From the IMG/VR virus record IMGVR_UViG_3300044723_004817, positions 1-27,704 of that record: DNA of 27,704 bases; one strand, given 5' to 3'. Shown piece after piece: positions 26,728 to 27,704 of the stretch. The notes under the pieces are model-generated. The model did no database searches and was not told the DNA's origin. It saw nothing but the letters and a program-made list of their open reading frames with translations. Within the stretch, counting starts at the first letter, position 1; each line of letters begins with the position of its first letter. This DNA is from a virus (taxonomy: Duplodnaviria; Caudoviricetes). The position numbers and the translations under genes were made by a program.

Positions 26728-27144
26728 TTACCTTACTCTTTCTATTGCTACTTCTAGATCGACTGGGAACCGTTCGTTGAATACCATGAACCTTATCTTA
26801 ATAACTAGTGCATTGGAATCAGGCTTTACATCTACCACTACCGATTCAACCTTTGCTCTAGGCTCGTACTTGTCAATGGCCGTTTCTATACGGCTGCGTA
26901 TAAGACTATCTAATAGAGGATCGTCCGTATTCTCAAATAACATCGCCCTTACATTGCCGCCGTATAGAGGCTCATAAGGACGTTCACCAAAGTTAGTTAA
27001 TATAAGGTTGCGGACAGCTCTCTTTACAGCATCCGCATTCTTAAGCACGGGTAGTTTACCAGTAACTGGATGCGGTGTAAAAGAAACGTTGACATCACTG
27101 AAAACGACTTCTTTAAGTAAAGGGTTAAGAGCACCGCTAGCCAT
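26728..27144 (-). CDS. gp25: Baseplate wedge subunit (gp25/GPW-like)
   Basis: AVKRAVRNLILTNFGERPYEPLYG...LFE...YEPR motif; immediately upstream of gp6. Confidence 0.95.
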   Translation of the reverse strand: MASGALNPLLKEVVFSDVNVSFTPHPVTGKLPVLKNADAVKRAVRNLILTNFGERPYEPLYGGNVRAMLFENTDDPLLDSLIRSRIETAIDKYEPRAKVESVVVDVKPDSNALVIKIRFMVFNERFPVDLEVAIERVR

Positions 27145-27172
27145 CAGAGCGTCCAGTTATTATTATTGTCTA

Positions 27173-27349
27173 TTATTTATCGCTGTTCTTAGCAGCTTGT
27201 ATCTCTAGACGTAAAAGTTTACACAACTTTGCAATTTCACTAAGTGATTTACGTGCTCTAGTGCCTGCTGCCTTATTACCACTCTCAAACTTTTCATACT
27301 CTGCTGTGAGAGTAGCAACGTGATTGTCCAACATATCTTTAGTGCTCAT
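27173..27349 (-). CDS. Small Hc1-like (histone H1-like family N-terminal domain) protein, 58 aa
   Basis: Absent from the track, whose shortest listed ORFs are 60 aa. Manual translation: MSTKDMLDNHVATLTAEYEKFESGNKAAGTRARKSLSEIAKLCKLLRLEIQAAKNSDK. AGGAGA Shine-Dalgarno at 27355-27360; the GNKAAGTRARK signature resembles Hc1-family proteins. Confidence 0.85.
   Translation of the reverse strand: MSTKDMLDNHVATLTAEYEKFESGNKAAGTRARKSLSEIAKLCKLLRLEIQAAKNSDK
27174..27181 (-). promoter_or_regulatory. T4-type late promoter variant GATAAATA upstream of gp25, overlapping the Hc1-like stop codon
   Basis: 7/8 match to TATAAATA, 30 nt upstream of the gp25 ATG, followed by an A-rich leader. Confidence 0.7.
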
Positions 27350-27359
27350 TAGTATCTCC

Positions 27360-27704
27360 TTATAAGCCTGTGATCACATCTGTAATAATACCTTGCGATA
27401 CAACGTACCGTACTTGATTGACGTTGCCGCCATTCGTTACAATCTCAAAGTTACCACCAGTGCCACCTGTTTCAGCATTAGGAATAGTAACGTCTCCTGA
27501 AAAAGCCCCTGCTGTAGTAAGGATGCCACTAACTGCATTGGATGATAGCTCTGCCTCTGCTTCACTCAATGATTCTGTCGCATACTCATTAACGTCTGAC
27601 ATAAACGCCGCTCTATTCTCAGTCGTAGCTGATTCTATTAGCTGCTCAACACTGTTAGTCTGAAACTTAGCTGGTTTGCCTGTGATATCACTTAACTTGC
27701 TCTG
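27360..27704 (-). CDS. Hypothetical protein, C-terminal part; the frame is open to the right window edge
   Basis: The frame of the track ORF 27360..27602 continues without a stop to 27704 (QSKLSDITGKPAKFQTNSVEQLIESATTENRAAFM...), so the listed Met is probably internal. Confidence 0.7.
   Translation of the reverse strand, partial: QSKLSDITGKPAKFQTNSVEQLIESATTENRAAFMSDVNEYATESLSEAEAELSSNAVSGILTTAGAFSGDVTIPNAETGGTGGNFEIVTNGGNVNQVRYVVSQGIITDVITGL

Noticed and set aside
13377-27663. Many short + strand ORFs of 60-102 aa opposite the structural genes
   Set aside because: They are antisense open frames caused by codon bias in Thr/Ser/Gly/Asn-rich genes and have no recognisable motifs.

Overview
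This window is the virion morphogenesis region of a large T4-like myophage, almost entirely on the minus strand. In transcription order (right to left): a truncated unknown ORF, a small Hc1-like gene missed by the ORF track, baseplate gp25, gp6, gp7-like and gp8, a 1868-aa DUF4815/VrlC-like virion protein, a 69-aa coiled-coil protein, two fibre-like paralogues (675 and 108 aa), a 513-aa Tyr/Gly-repeat protein, a 160-aa unknown, a six-enzyme modification cassette (three putative glycosyltransferases, two 2OG-Fe(II) oxygenase-like proteins, one radical SAM enzyme), then gp13, gp14, gp15, gp16, gp17 and the 5' part of tail sheath gp18 (also absent from the ORF track). T4-type late promoter boxes precede gp25, gp13 and gp18. 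The most striking feature lies at 6.4-15.2 kb, where T4 has gp9-12/wac. There, two fibres share a C-terminal motif, and a three-repeat protein carries about 35 [YF]-x-G hexapeptides arranged like an out-and-back needle, directly followed by hydroxylating, glycosylating and radical SAM enzymes. This suggests a phage-encoded system that builds and post-translationally modifies a virion appendage. All family calls come from motif recognition by eye; no searches were run.
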